The notes: a model not told the origin generated them from the letters alone. 64,000 nt of DNA from Myxococcota bacterium (GCA_036229005.1 JAZAMN010000004.1:115902-179901); one strand, 5' to 3'; shown: positions 38,289 to 48,835, numbered from the stretch's first letter. Made by a program: numbers and translations.

Positions 38289-39311
38289 ATGAGCGCCCCG
38301 ATGACCGCCTCCAAGACGCCCAGTCCGAAGATGCCCTGTCCCAAGATGACCGTCGCGCCCATGATGGAGCGCACGGACCGGCACTTCCGCACGCTGATCC
38401 GCCTGCTCAGCCGGCGCACGCTGCTGGTCACGGAGATGGTGACCACCCACGCGCTGATCCACGGCGACGTGCCGCACCACCTGTACTTCGGCGCGCAGGA
38501 GCACCCCCTGAGCCTGCAGCTCGGCGGCGATGACCCCCAGGAGCTCGCCCACTGCGTCCGCCTGGCCCACGAGTGGGGCTACGACGAGGTGGATCTGAAC
38601 GTGGGCTGCCCCAGCTCCCGGGTGCAGCGCGGCAGCTTCGGCGTGGTGCTCATGGGCCGGCCTGAGCGGGTGAGGGACTGTGTGGTGGCCATGCGCGAGG
38701 CCTCACCGCTCCCGGTGACTGTGAAGCACCGCATCGGCTTTGACGACCGCGACGCCTACGAGGACATGCTGAACTTTGTCGACGTGGTCTCCGAAGCGCA
38801 GCCCGCGCGCTTTCAGGTCCACGCCCGCAAGGCCTGGCTGCAGGGGCTCTCTCCCAAGGAGAACCGGAACGTCCCGCCCTTGCGCTACGCCGAGGTCCGG
38901 CGCCTCAAGGCCGAGCGGCCGGAGCTGGACATCGTCATCAACGGCGGCATCAAGACCCTGGCCGAGTGCCAGGCGCACCTGGAGCACGTCGACGGCGTCA
39001 GCCTGGGGCGCGCGGCCTGGGATACGCCCTATCTGTACGCCGGGGTCGACGCGGCGCTGTACGGGGATGATTGGACGGCACCCACCCGCCACGAGCTGGT
39101 GCGCCAGATGGCCGAATACGCGGAAGGCGAGCTGACCCGCAGCCCCCGCACGCGGCTGGGCCACATCGCCAAGGGGATGCTGAACCTCTTCCACGGGATC
39201 CCCGGGGGTCGGCGTTGGCGGCGGATCCTGACGGAGAAGGGGCACCTCCCGGGGGCCGGTCCGGGGCTGTTGCTGGAGGCGCTGGAGGCCATCCCCGAGG
39301 GGTCAGTGTAG
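38289..39311 (+). CDS. dusA: tRNA dihydrouridine(20/20a) synthase DusA
   Basis: APMM..TDRHFR, LNVGCPS.RVQ, HARKAWLQGLSPKENR. Confidence 0.96.
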   Translation: MSAPMTASKTPSPKMPCPKMTVAPMMERTDRHFRTLIRLLSRRTLLVTEMVTTHALIHGDVPHHLYFGAQEHPLSLQLGGDDPQELAHCVRLAHEWGYDEVDLNVGCPSSRVQRGSFGVVLMGRPERVRDCVVAMREASPLPVTVKHRIGFDDRDAYEDMLNFVDVVSEAQPARFQVHARKAWLQGLSPKENRNVPPLRYAEVRRLKAERPELDIVINGGIKTLAECQAHLEHVDGVSLGRAAWDTPYLYAGVDAALYGDDWTAPTRHELVRQMAEYAEGELTRSPRTRLGHIAKGMLNLFHGIPGGRRWRRILTEKGHLPGAGPGLLLEALEAIPEGSV

Positions 39312-39374
39312 GACCGCTGTAGGGTCCCGAGCCCGCTAGCATGGGGCATCTACAGGCTCTGATTGGAGACCTTG

Positions 39375-40142
39375 ATGCTCGCGCTCGTCGCCCTCTTTGC
39401 CTGCACCTCTGACCCTGCGGTCGATGACACCTCGACCGCCGACACCTCGACCGCCGACACGGGCGATGAGGTCCTGGAGGTCTGCGAGCAGGCCCAGCGC
39501 TTCTACGCCGGCTGTGAGGGCAGCTCCGTGGACAGCCGGGGCATCAGCGGGACCTACCGCTACGACGACCAGGGGCGCCTTGTGGAGTACAACTCCCAGG
39601 GCCTTGGGTTCGTCTACAGCTACGGCGAGCACGGCATCAGCGAGCTCCGGACCAGCCAGGACGGCGTGCAGACCGGCGTCAGCACCTACGTCTACGAAGA
39701 CGGCCTGCTGGTGGAGATCCAGGGCGACTTTGGCGAGTACCAGGAGCTGCAGACCCGCGCCTACGACGACCAGCGGCGCCTGGTGCGCACCGAATGGGAC
39801 TATGACCACGACGGCAGCGTCGAGCTGGTCGTGGAGCGCGCCTACGTGGAGGGCGGCTACATCGACACCAGCAGCCACGGACCCGTCACCGAGTTCACCC
39901 TGCACGACAGCTTCCCCGACCGCGTGGTCAAGCAGGTCGTCACCATCGACGACGTGGTCCACACCACCACCACCACCGAGTGGCGCGAGGACTGCCAGCG
40001 CGGCAGCGTCCGCGGCGAGCACAAGGACCCGCGCAGCGACTACACCCTGTACTTCGACTATGACGCCGCCAGCCGCGTGGAGCTGGAGGACGGGGTCTCC
40101 GAGAACCCCTGGTCGACGTCCTGGACGTGGAGCTGCGAGTAG
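39375..40142 (+). CDS. Lipoprotein with YD-like beta-hairpin repeats
   Basis: LFAC lipobox, DT-rich linker, YRYDDQGRL / AYDDQRRL / DYDAASR. Confidence 0.75.
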   Translation: MLALVALFACTSDPAVDDTSTADTSTADTGDEVLEVCEQAQRFYAGCEGSSVDSRGISGTYRYDDQGRLVEYNSQGLGFVYSYGEHGISELRTSQDGVQTGVSTYVYEDGLLVEIQGDFGEYQELQTRAYDDQRRLVRTEWDYDHDGSVELVVERAYVEGGYIDTSSHGPVTEFTLHDSFPDRVVKQVVTIDDVVHTTTTTEWREDCQRGSVRGEHKDPRSDYTLYFDYDAASRVELEDGVSENPWSTSWTWSCE

Positions 40143-40168
40143 GGGCCTCGGGGAGGGGGGGCCTGGGC

Positions 40169-40406
40169 GCGCAAGTGGGGGTGAACGCAACGACTCGGCG
40201 CGCAAGTAGGGGTGAACGCAACGGCTGGGCGCGCAAGTTGGGGTGAACGCAACGGCTGGGCGCGCAAGTTGGGGTGAACGCAACGGCTGGGCGCGCAGGT
40301 TGGGGTGAACGCAACGGCTGGGCACGGAAGGACCCGCGATCTCGCTGGAGATGTTGCATTCGGGGGGACTTGCGCCGGCGCTTGTTGCGTTCGCGGGGAC
40401 TTACGC
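40169..40406. repeat. 31-bp-period convergent repeat module B (5 forward + 37 bp + 2 inverted)
   Basis: Copies at 40169/40200/40231/40262/40293; inverted at 40353/40384. Confidence 0.9.
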
Positions 40407-40430
40407 AGCCCTGGCGGGTACAGTCTGCCC

Positions 40431-41345
40431 ATGCTCCTGCTCGTCGCCCCCGCCATCGCCGGATTCTCGTGGTCCATCGAGGGCAACCCCGACTCCATGA
40501 CCCCCGAGACCTTTCAGGCCGAGGTCGCTGCCGGCGTCGCCATGTGGACCTTGCCCGACAGCGCGTGTGGCAGCGTCCCCTTCTTCGACCCCGAGCCCAG
40601 CGACGGCGGCCAGCTCCAGGTGCGCGTGGTCGACGCCCCCACCACCACCCGCTGTGATGACGCCGGCTGCGTGTTGGAGCTCAGCGCCGAGCAGCCCTGG
40701 GGCACCTTGCAGCAGGCCGTCGCCACCGAGTGCCTCGACGTCCTGCCCACCAGCATCGTCGTCGGCCGCGCTGCCGGCCTGACCTTGGGACTCGAGCCAT
40801 TCGGAGAGGGCGAGCTGCTCACCGACCCAGACCTCCTGAGCGCGCTCATGTACTGGGTGCCCCCTTGCAGTGAAGACGTCACCGCCGGCGCCCACGACCT
40901 GGAGCGCCTGGGCTACCAGCAGCTCCTGCCCACCCTCAGCGTGCCCGGCCGCACCATCGCTCTGGAGGAGGGGGAGACCTTGGCCCTCAGCGTCGTCGGC
41001 CCACCCCTTCACAGCGTCGCCTGGTACGCCAACTCCGAGCTTCTCGGCACCAGCGAGGACATGCTGCTGGGGCCCCTCCACGGCCAGGACCTGGAGCTGC
41101 GCGTGGAGACCACCTACGAGCACGCCCTCTGCGGCCCACTGGACACCGAACTGGAGACCCGCCTGGTACAGCGGGACGCGCCTGCCGAGACCACCGACAC
41201 GGGGCAGGCCCAGGGGCGGGGGTGTTCGACGGTGTCGGGGGGAGGGGTGGTGGTGGTGGTGGTGCTGTTGGTGTTCTGGAGGAGAACCCGCCGTCACTCG
41301 GGTTGCGTAGCTGGGAGGGGAGGGACGCCGACGCTGTGGCGTTGA
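40431..41345 (+). CDS. Exported matrixin-like protein lacking HEXXH, with MYXO-CTERM-like tail
   Basis: RAAGLTLGL...SALMY resembles HE.GH.LGL...Met-turn; GCSTVSGG-hydrophobic-RR C-terminus. Confidence 0.6.
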   Translation: MLLLVAPAIAGFSWSIEGNPDSMTPETFQAEVAAGVAMWTLPDSACGSVPFFDPEPSDGGQLQVRVVDAPTTTRCDDAGCVLELSAEQPWGTLQQAVATECLDVLPTSIVVGRAAGLTLGLEPFGEGELLTDPDLLSALMYWVPPCSEDVTAGAHDLERLGYQQLLPTLSVPGRTIALEEGETLALSVVGPPLHSVAWYANSELLGTSEDMLLGPLHGQDLELRVETTYEHALCGPLDTELETRLVQRDAPAETTDTGQAQGRGCSTVSGGGVVVVVVLLVFWRRTRRHSGCVAGRGGTPTLWR

Positions 41346-41535
41346 GCCTTCGCAGGTCCTCGCTGGCGCCGAGGTGGACCCTTGGTGGTGTGGGTTGCAA
41401 GGATCCGGGAGGTGGGGGGATCGGCGCTGATCCCCACCAGCCGCACCTCCTTTGACCCTTGGCGCCTGCGGAATCTTGGAGCCGCCTCCACCGGCGAGGA
41501 CACTGAGGGCACAACTCAAGCCCCTGGGGGGAGAC

Positions 41536-42843
41536 ATGGATCGGATGCAGATGGAGGCGAAGGCGCGGGGAAGGCGCGTGCAGTACATGGTGCTGCAGTT
41601 CCTCCTTGGGGTGCTCGGTGTTCTGGCGCTGTGCGCGGGGATTTGGACGGCGAGCACGGCTCTTGAGGAGGAGCTCGGCGTGAGGAGCCTGGCCTTTGCC
41701 TTGGCGTACGGGGCGGTGCCTTGGGCGCTGGCGGCGACCTTTCTGGCGCCGGTGGTGGGCATTCAGCTCCGGGCGGCGTGGGGCTGGAACGCGGCGCTGG
41801 TGGTCAGCATCCTGCTGGTGACGGTGGCGATTCCGATCGGCTTGTTGGGCCTGATGCTGGTGATGATGGGCGGAGGAAAGGCCGGCTACCTGAAGATGTG
41901 GGAGGTGCTCGGGGGCGGCATGGTTCCCTCGGGCCCCATCAAGCCCATGAAGCCGGCACAGCGACAGGGGCTGTACCAAGGCGTGGCCGTGGTGGTCGGT
42001 CTGGGCATGCTGCTTGGCTGCACCTCGGCCTTTCAGGCGCTGGTCGACCACGGCTGGCCGACCGATGAGCTGGGCTACATCTACTGGGGCCTGGTGACGC
42101 TCACCTGGGGGCTGTTCGAGGGGGCCTGCGCGGCCTTGGTGGTGGTGCTGCTCCGGCGCTGGGGCTGGGGGCTGGGGGTGGCCCTGAGCGGGCTGATGCT
42201 GCTGGTGATCGTCGCCGCTCCGCTGGGGATCCTGGGGCTGTGGGCGCTGCTGGGGAACGGGGGGCGAGAGGGCTTTGAGGGGAAGCTGGACCTGCCGCCC
42301 TCACCTCCTGAGATCGACGCGCCCACGCAGATCCTTCGACCCTTCTCCGCAGCCGAGGCCCCCACGGAGCGCTTTGACGCCGCTCGCCACGCCGCCGTGC
42401 TGGAGGCCACCCAGAAGCCCGCCCCGGAGCCGACCGCTGACCCCCCAGCCGCTACGGAGAGCCCGGACGGCCTGGACCGGGCGGCTGTGGGACTGATGAT
42501 CGCGCAGGCGGTCTTCGCTGGGTTGTTCGTCCTGGTGGGGCTGTTGGGCATGGGAGTCGGCTTTGTGGCGGACCGGATCGGTTCTGGGTTCCAGTGGCAG
42601 GGCTTCGGGGGCCTGGCGTTGGTCGCTCTCCTGGGCGCAGCGCTCTTTGGGGGGCTGGCCAGGGGCATGAAGCGTCGCAAGGGCTGGGCCTGGACGGCGG
42701 GGATGGTACTGCTGCTGCCGCAGCTCCTGGTGGGAAACCTGCTGGTCGCGGTCCCGCTGGTTCACCTGCTCCGCCCCAAGGGGCGCAAGGAGTACGGGGT
42801 GGATTGGGAGGCGCCCGCCTGGTTCGACCACGCGCTGAGCTGA
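41536..42843 (+). CDS. Polytopic membrane protein with three internal TM modules
   Basis: Three hydrophobic blocks each containing an R..W[G/A]W-type motif. Confidence 0.7.
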   Translation: MDRMQMEAKARGRRVQYMVLQFLLGVLGVLALCAGIWTASTALEEELGVRSLAFALAYGAVPWALAATFLAPVVGIQLRAAWGWNAALVVSILLVTVAIPIGLLGLMLVMMGGGKAGYLKMWEVLGGGMVPSGPIKPMKPAQRQGLYQGVAVVVGLGMLLGCTSAFQALVDHGWPTDELGYIYWGLVTLTWGLFEGACAALVVVLLRRWGWGLGVALSGLMLLVIVAAPLGILGLWALLGNGGREGFEGKLDLPPSPPEIDAPTQILRPFSAAEAPTERFDAARHAAVLEATQKPAPEPTADPPAATESPDGLDRAAVGLMIAQAVFAGLFVLVGLLGMGVGFVADRIGSGFQWQGFGGLALVALLGAALFGGLARGMKRRKGWAWTAGMVLLLPQLLVGNLLVAVPLVHLLRPKGRKEYGVDWEAPAWFDHALS

Positions 42844-42845
42844 AC

Positions 42846-43541
42846 TCAGCGGGGGGGCAGCTCGATTGTGAGCAGCCCCTCTTGGTCCTCCAGGCTGGCC
42901 AGCAGGCTGCCGTTCGGGCCCCAGACGGCGCTGCGGCCGGCGCAGACAAAGTCCTCGGTGGGGCCGACCGCGTTGACCGCGAGCACGAAGATCCCTCCCC
43001 GTTGAGCCAACTCCGCGTAGTGAGCCCAGGCACGCTCCATGCCCGCGCGGTCCTTGGCGAGGCTGACCAGCAAGACGCTGGCGCCGCGGTCGAGCGCGGC
43101 CTGGTTGTGGTCGGGCTGCATGGACTCGAAGCAGATCGCGGGGGCCAGGTGGTGTCCGCCAAGGACCAGGTCCAAGCTCCGCTCTCCGGGGACGAAGCGC
43201 GCGCTCTCGTCGGCGTGCAGGAGCTGCTTGGCGTAGCTGCGGGGCGGCGTGTTTGGGGAGAGCAGCACCTGGGCGATCTCGACGCCGGCTGGGGCCTGGA
43301 GGGGGACCCCGACGCTCAGGTGCATGTCGGCGCCGTCGGCGGCGAGCTGGAGCACGCCGAGGCCCCGGTGTTCCAGGGGCATGGGGTGCGCGCTGGCGTA
43401 GCGGGGGTTGTAGCCGCAGAAGGAGAGCTCGGGGAAGAGCAGCAGGTCGGCGTCCACGGCCTCGGCGCTGCGGAACATGGAGATGTGCCGCAGGGCACCG
43501 GCTCTGGGCGCGCAGCGGAGCTGGCCCAGGGCGATGCGCAG
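42846..43541 (-). CDS. Carbon-nitrogen hydrolase (nitrilase superfamily)
   Basis: FPEL, YAKQLL, ICFES catalytic triad; domain begins at CTG-RIALGQ. Confidence 0.8.
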   Translation of the reverse strand: MRIALGQLRCAPRAGALRHISMFRSAEAVDADLLLFPELSFCGYNPRYASAHPMPLEHRGLGVLQLAADGADMHLSVGVPLQAPAGVEIAQVLLSPNTPPRSYAKQLLHADESARFVPGERSLDLVLGGHHLAPAICFESMQPDHNQAALDRGASVLLVSLAKDRAGMERAWAHYAELAQRGGIFVLAVNAVGPTEDFVCAGRSAVWGPNGSLLASLEDQEGLLTIELPPR

Positions 43542-43548
43542 GCCGCGC

Positions 43549-44271
43549 TCAGAGATCGAGCACCTGGGCCATGGTGTAGGTGCCGGGCTCTTGGTCGGCG
43601 AGCCAGCGGGCTGCGCGCACGGCTCCCTTGGCAAAGGCCATGCGGCTGGTGGCCAGGTGTCCGAGCTGGACGCGCTCGCCGGGCCCCGCCAGGTAGACGG
43701 TGTGCTCGCCGGCTACGTCTCCTCCGCGCAGGGCGTGCATGCCGATCTCCTGGGCGGTGCGAGTGCCAGTGTGGCCCTGGCGGCCGTGCCGGATCTGCTG
43801 CTCCAGCTCCACGCCTCGGGCCTTTGCGGCGTACTCCGCGAGGGAGATGGCGCTGCCGGAGGGGGCGTCCTTCTTGAAGCCGTGGTGCATCTCCACGACC
43901 TCCAGGTGGTAGTCGGGCAGGGCTCGGGCGGCCTGGGCGACCAGGTCGAAGAGCAGGTTCATCCCCGAGGAGAAGTTGCTGGCGTGCAAGAGGGGCCCGC
44001 GGGTGCCCCAGGCGCGAAGTGCACGGAGCTGCTGGGCGTCCAGGCCGGTGCTGCCGGTGACCAGGGCCTGGCCGGGCTGCAGGTGCTCGACGAGGCAGAC
44101 CGGCCCTGGGGGTAGGGAGAAGTCGATGACCACCTGGGCGTCGGGGTGCGCCGGGGTGTCTTCGCGGTCGGTGGTGCTGACCAGGGTGAGGTCGTCGGCT
44201 TCGCGAACCAGCCCGCACACCAGGGTGCCCATGCGGCCGCGGGCGCCGTGCACGCCGATGCGGAGGCTCAC
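43549..44271 (-). CDS. dapB: 4-hydroxy-tetrahydrodipicolinate reductase
   Basis: GARGRMG, IDFS, EMHHGFKKDAPSGSA, LRGGDVAGEH. Confidence 0.97.
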   Translation of the reverse strand: MSLRIGVHGARGRMGTLVCGLVREADDLTLVSTTDREDTPAHPDAQVVIDFSLPPGPVCLVEHLQPGQALVTGSTGLDAQQLRALRAWGTRGPLLHASNFSSGMNLLFDLVAQAARALPDYHLEVVEMHHGFKKDAPSGSAISLAEYAAKARGVELEQQIRHGRQGHTGTRTAQEIGMHALRGGDVAGEHTVYLAGPGERVQLGHLATSRMAFAKGAVRAARWLADQEPGTYTMAQVLDL

Positions 44272-45131
44272 TGAGCGATCTCCAGCAGCTCGGCGCTGGG
44301 GGGTGTGGTGTGGGGGACCAGGGGCAGCCGAACGCGGTTGGCGATGTGGCCCTGGGCGGCCACGAAGGCCTTTGCCGGCTGGGGGTTCGACGAGGAGAAC
44401 AGGTAGTGCACGATGGGCATGAGCTCATGGTGCAGCGCCCGCGCCTTGGTGAGGTCCCCAGCGGCGACGGCGTTGGCCAGGGCCACGGTCTTGCGGGGGG
44501 CCACGTTGCTGAGCACGGAGATCACGCCGTGGGCGCCACAGGCCATCAGGGGGAAGAAGGTGAAGTCATCGCCGGAGAGCACGTTGACGCCGGGGGCCCG
44601 GGTCAGCAGCTCGGAGCCGTAGTGCACGTCACCGGTGGCCTCCTTGCAGGCGATGATGCCCTCGACGGAGGTGCAGAGCTCGGCGAGCTGCTGCACGGGC
44701 AGGTGCTGGGCGGTGCGGCCGGGCACGTGGTAGGCCACGACGGGCAGCCCTGGCTTGCAGGCGGCCTGCAGGTTGCGCAGGTGTCCCTCTGGCGAGGGCT
44801 TGTTGTAGTAGGGCAGCACCACCAGGGCGGCGTCGGCGCCGAGCTCGATGGCCTGCTCGATCAGGTGGACGGTCTTGGCGGTGTTGTTGGTGCCGCAGCC
44901 TGCGGTCACAGGGACGCGGCCGCCAGCGACCTCTACAGCGGTGGCGACCACGGCGGCCCACTCGTCCGCGTTGAGCGTGGCGGCCTCACCGGTGGTGCCG
45001 CAAGGGACGAGGCCGCTGACGCCCGCCTGGATCTGGGCCTCGCAGAAGGCCTCGAAGGCGGGAAGATCCAGCTCCCCGTCGCGCATGGGGGTGACCAGGG
45101 CGGTGTGAACGCCGGTGAGCTGCAGGGACAT
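44268..45131 (-). CDS. dapA: 4-hydroxy-tetrahydrodipicolinate synthase
   Basis: TALVTP, CGTTGE, PYYNKP, YHVPGRT, KEATG, SGDD. Confidence 0.97.
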   Translation of the reverse strand: MSLQLTGVHTALVTPMRDGELDLPAFEAFCEAQIQAGVSGLVPCGTTGEAATLNADEWAAVVATAVEVAGGRVPVTAGCGTNNTAKTVHLIEQAIELGADAALVVLPYYNKPSPEGHLRNLQAACKPGLPVVAYHVPGRTAQHLPVQQLAELCTSVEGIIACKEATGDVHYGSELLTRAPGVNVLSGDDFTFFPLMACGAHGVISVLSNVAPRKTVALANAVAAGDLTKARALHHELMPIVHYLFSSSNPQPAKAFVAAQGHIANRVRLPLVPHTTPPSAELLEIAQ

Positions 45132-46483
45132 CAGAACTCCGCGACCAGGTAGAGTCGACCGCCAAAGGCGGGGGCGTTGAAGCCGGCCTCGAGGGCCGAG
45201 CTGCCGTAGTTCGAGTAGTAGGTTCCGGGGAGCAGGATCGCGCCGGTGCCCTTGAGGTAGAAGTGCTCCACCGGGCTGTAGGTGACGTCCGCGTCGATCT
45301 CCCAGCCGTAGCCGGTGCGGTCGTCGTCAGGGGCGGCGAAGGTGCGGGCGCCGATCAGGCTGAGCTGGCCGTGCAGGTCGGGGCGCAGGTGGTAGCCGAT
45401 GGTGGGCTTCATGAAGAGGGCGTTGGAGACGCCCTCGCCGGTGAGCACGGAGCTGTTGTCGCGGCCCAGGTTCTCGCTGTTGCGCACTGCGGGCGCGGTC
45501 AGGGGAAGGGGCTCTTCGAAGAGCATCAGGGCGATGTTCTTGTCGCGGTCCATGGTGAAGACGCGGTCGGTGCTGTCGCCGGTCTCGCCGTCGCCGCTGG
45601 CCATGCCCAGGTCCAGGCCGGCGGTGAGGTTCATGGGCAGGTCGGCCTCGGCGCTCAGGATGCCGCCGAAGGAGACCAGCGAGACGTCGTTGGTCTGGCT
45701 GTCCAGGTCGCCGGCGCCGAAGTTTCCGGCCAGCTCCATCTCGATGCGGGCGGGGCCCAGCTCGGTGAAGCCCCAGAGGCTGCCGGTGTAGGCCTGGAAG
45801 GTGGGGGAGAACTGGCGGCGGTAGCGGTTGTAGAGCCCCACGCCCATGGTCTCGCCCAGGTAGGCGATGGCGACGTCGGCGGCCATGCCGTCGTCCCGGT
45901 CATCGCCCTCCTCCCAGTAGCCCTCGTAGAGCTGCTCGTAGGCGGCCATCACGTAGACGGGGCCGGCCTGGGTGGTGAATTGGATGCGGTCCGCGGTGTC
46001 GCCGAACTCGGACTCGGAGGTCAGGCCGTCGTTGAACAGGATGCCGGCGCCCCAGTGTTGCGGCATGCGGCCCATGCTCAGGCGGCCGTAGGGCAGGTAG
46101 ACGTCGGCCCATGCGCGCGTCAGGCTGATGTTGCCCAGGTTGCCCATGTTGTTGTTCGTGATGTCGGCGGCCACACCGTGCGCGTAGGCGGCGGGGAGCA
46201 CCGAGCCGTCTGCGAGCGTGTAGGTGTTGATGTTGTCGCCGAATGCAGTCAGGTTCAGCAGGTCGAGCTGAGCGTGCACGCTGACCCGGGAGCTGGCGTG
46301 GAAGGTCGGCTGCAGCCGCATCCGGTGGTCGATGTAGGTGGTCGGAGCCAAGGCGCTCTGGTTGGTGTCCGAGAGGCTCAGTCCGCTGTAGGCCAGCACG
46401 CGGCTGCGGTAGTGGCCGTGCCACTCGACCTCCGCGGCGGAGGCGGTCTGAGACAGGGCGAGGGCAGCGATCAGCGTCAGCAA
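45131..46483 (-). CDS. Outer-membrane beta-barrel protein (myxobacterial TIGR04551-like)
   Basis: Signal peptide, GRMPQHWG.GIL.N.G, GWEID, C-terminal Phe. Confidence 0.75.
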   Translation of the reverse strand: MLTLIAALALSQTASAAEVEWHGHYRSRVLAYSGLSLSDTNQSALAPTTYIDHRMRLQPTFHASSRVSVHAQLDLLNLTAFGDNINTYTLADGSVLPAAYAHGVAADITNNNMGNLGNISLTRAWADVYLPYGRLSMGRMPQHWGAGILFNDGLTSESEFGDTADRIQFTTQAGPVYVMAAYEQLYEGYWEEGDDRDDGMAADVAIAYLGETMGVGLYNRYRRQFSPTFQAYTGSLWGFTELGPARIEMELAGNFGAGDLDSQTNDVSLVSFGGILSAEADLPMNLTAGLDLGMASGDGETGDSTDRVFTMDRDKNIALMLFEEPLPLTAPAVRNSENLGRDNSSVLTGEGVSNALFMKPTIGYHLRPDLHGQLSLIGARTFAAPDDDRTGYGWEIDADVTYSPVEHFYLKGTGAILLPGTYYSNYGSSALEAGFNAPAFGGRLYLVAEF

Positions 46484-47060
46484 GGCAGGCTCCGGCGTCG
46501 GGCCCCGGATGAGGGGCCCAGGGGGTCTAATCTTGGAGCCCTACGCTCGCCATTGCGGGGATGTTTCGGTCTTCTATATGGGGGGCTCGCGACCCCCCTG
46601 AGGCCCAGTCAAGCTGGGCCCACCCCCCGCGGGGAGTTCGGTCGGACGGGTGCGAGGCGGATGGGCCTTCGCGTCGGCGCGGCTTCGCCGCTTCTTTGGC
46701 TTGACCCAAGCGCCTCGGCCGCCCGAACTCCCGGCTGCGCGCGCAGGTTTGCGCGCAGCATCCCCGGCCGTGGAGAGATGAGGCTGGGTGGGTGGTCCGC
46801 TCGGCCATCGAGCGGGGATTGGGCCGCAGGAAGTGCCGGCCGCTCTCCAACGCGCTCCTCCAGGTCGGCTGCCGCCAGCGCCCCCAGTCGGCAGTGCGTC
46901 GTCGGTGGTCCCCGGTTCACGGTCGCCGTGAGGGACATCATCAGGGGTCGGGATTCAGGTCTCGGGCATCACCTCGCCCCACTCCGAAGTGCTGTCTCCA
47001 ATCCGAGCCTTGAGACCCATCCCAGACTCCCGCCCCGTGTGCCGCACGCAGTGCCGGTCG

Positions 47061-47550
47061 CGGCTTCCTGTACACCCCGCTGTTCGACTACAGCGACCAG
47101 AACCTGCACACCCTGCACACGCACCCCAGACCTGCGTGGGCCTGAGCGACGGCCGGCGTCAATGCGGCGCGATCTGCGACGGCAGCATGCCCAGCTTCCG
47201 CCCCGGGACCGCAGTCGCGGCGACCAAGTCGAGCTTGCCGAGTCGTCCGCCGCCAGACCAGCCAGACCGCCGAGCTCTTTGGCCTGAATGACCGCGGCCG
47301 CGTCGCGGTCGGCCACAAGGCCGACCTGAACGTCATCGACCACGACCAGCTCAAGCTGCGCTCCCCCGAGCTGGTGTTGCACCTGCCCAGCGCCGACCAC
47401 GGCCTGATCCAAGAGGCCGACGGCTACAAGATGACGGTCTTCAGCGGGCAGATCCTCATGCAGGACGGCGTGCCCGCGGGGGCGCTGCCCGGGCGCTTGA
47501 TTCGCGGGGCCAAGGCGGGGCCGCGGGGTCGGCGTGCCGGTCAGCGCTGA
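47061..47550 (+). pseudogene. Frameshifted C-terminal remnant of an N-acyl-D-amino-acid deacylase (amidohydrolase)
   Basis: Fragments in different frames: FLYTPLFDY, GLSDG..CG.ICDGS.PSF, VVRRQTS.TAELFGLNDRG...KADLNVID...GALPGRLIRG. Confidence 0.78.
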
Positions 47551-47562
47551 GTGTGCTGGGCC

Positions 47563-47862
47563 GCGCAACGCGGGTCGAACGCAAAAGCGCGCCGCGCAAC
47601 CTGGGTCGAACGCAACAGCGCGCCGCGCAACCTGGGTCGAACGCAACGGCGCGCCGCGCAACCTGGGTCGAACGCAACAAAGGGCACGCTGACACCCCGA
47701 GTTCAGGGGGGGAGTGTTGCGTTCAGCGCTACTTGCGCGCCGGGTCGTTGCGTTCAGCGGTACTTGCGCGCCGGGTCGTTGCGTTCAGCGGCACTTGCGC
47801 GCCGGGTCGTTGCGTTCAGCGGCACTTGCGCGCCGGGTCGTTGCGTTCAGCGGCACTTGCGC
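47563..47862. repeat. 31-bp-period convergent repeat module C (4 forward + 37 bp + 5 inverted)
   Basis: Forward 47563/47594/47625/47656; inverted 47716/47747/47778/47809/47840. Confidence 0.92.
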
Positions 47863-48424
47863 ATGGGCCTGCACATCGGCGCGGCTTCGCCGCTTCTTTG
47901 GCTTGACCCAAGCGTGTCGGTCGCCCGGACTCCCGGCGGCGCGCAGCGGCCCGGGTGCAGAGGGAAGAACATCACCGCTCTGTTTTCGCTCGGCCGGCGA
48001 AGGTGCCGGCGAGGAGCAAGTGGGCCGTGCGTAGCGCCGGCCCTCGCCAGGTCGGCCGCCATCAAGCGCTGGCGCCTGGCGGCAGTCTCACCAGCAAACA
48101 CGGTCGCCGCGGCGGGAAGTCTGCTGCGGCTTGTGTCTGGCGTGATGTTGAGGAGGGGCTGTGCCTTCGGGCCACCCTGGCGATGGGCTTGGCGGGTGAG
48201 TTGGGCTGTCGGCCTCTGAGTGCGCGGCTTTGCCGCTTCTTTGGCTTGGACCGACCGCCTTGGCCGCCCGCACTCCCGGCCGCGCGCGAAGGTTTGCGCG
48301 CAGCAGCGGGTGTTCTTGTGTGGGGCCTCGCGACCCCTGAACCCCCGTGCTCCCGGCGCACGAGGCCAAGGCGGCACCGCAGGCCGAGCGCGCCGCTCAG
48401 CGCTGAGTGTGCTGGGCTGGGGGC

Positions 48425-48724
48425 GCGCAACGCGGGTCGAGCGCAACGGCGCGCCGCGCAACCTGGGTCGAACGCAACGGCGCGCCGCGCAACCTGGGTC
48501 GAACGCAACATAGGGCACGCTGACACCCCGAGTTCAGGGGGGGAGTGTTGCGTTCAGCGCTACTTGCGCGCCGGGTCGTTGCGTTCAGCGGTACTTGCGC
48601 GCCGGGGCGTTGCGTTCAGCGGCACTTGCGCGCCGGGGCGTTGCGTTCAGCGGTACTTGCGCGCCGGGTCGTTGCGTTCAGCGGCACTTGCGCGCCGGGT
48701 CGTTGCGTTCAGCGGTACCTGCGC
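48425..48724. repeat. 31-bp-period convergent repeat module D (3 forward + 37 bp + 6 inverted), near-duplicate of C
   Basis: Forward 48425/48456/48487; inverted 48547-48702 every 31 bp; spacer nearly identical to C. Confidence 0.92.
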
Positions 48725-48835
48725 GCGGGCGGCTCGCAAATAGGCCTCCCAAGTCGGTCTCCACCAGCGCCCCGACCCGGCACCGCGTCACCGAAGACCC
48801 CCGAACCCCCGGTCGCCGCGAACCCTCAACCCCGC

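Larger units (their letters stand above)
46661..48306. repeat. Three dispersed ~85-100-bp copies of the GCGGCTTCGCCGCTTCTTTGGCTTG element
   Basis: Copies at ~46661-46760, ~47863-47947, ~48222-48306. Confidence 0.8.

Noticed and set aside
8424..48724. 31-bp repeats as CRISPR arrays
   Set aside because: Repeats are contiguous with no unique 25-45 bp spacers between copies, arms are inverted, and no cas genes are present
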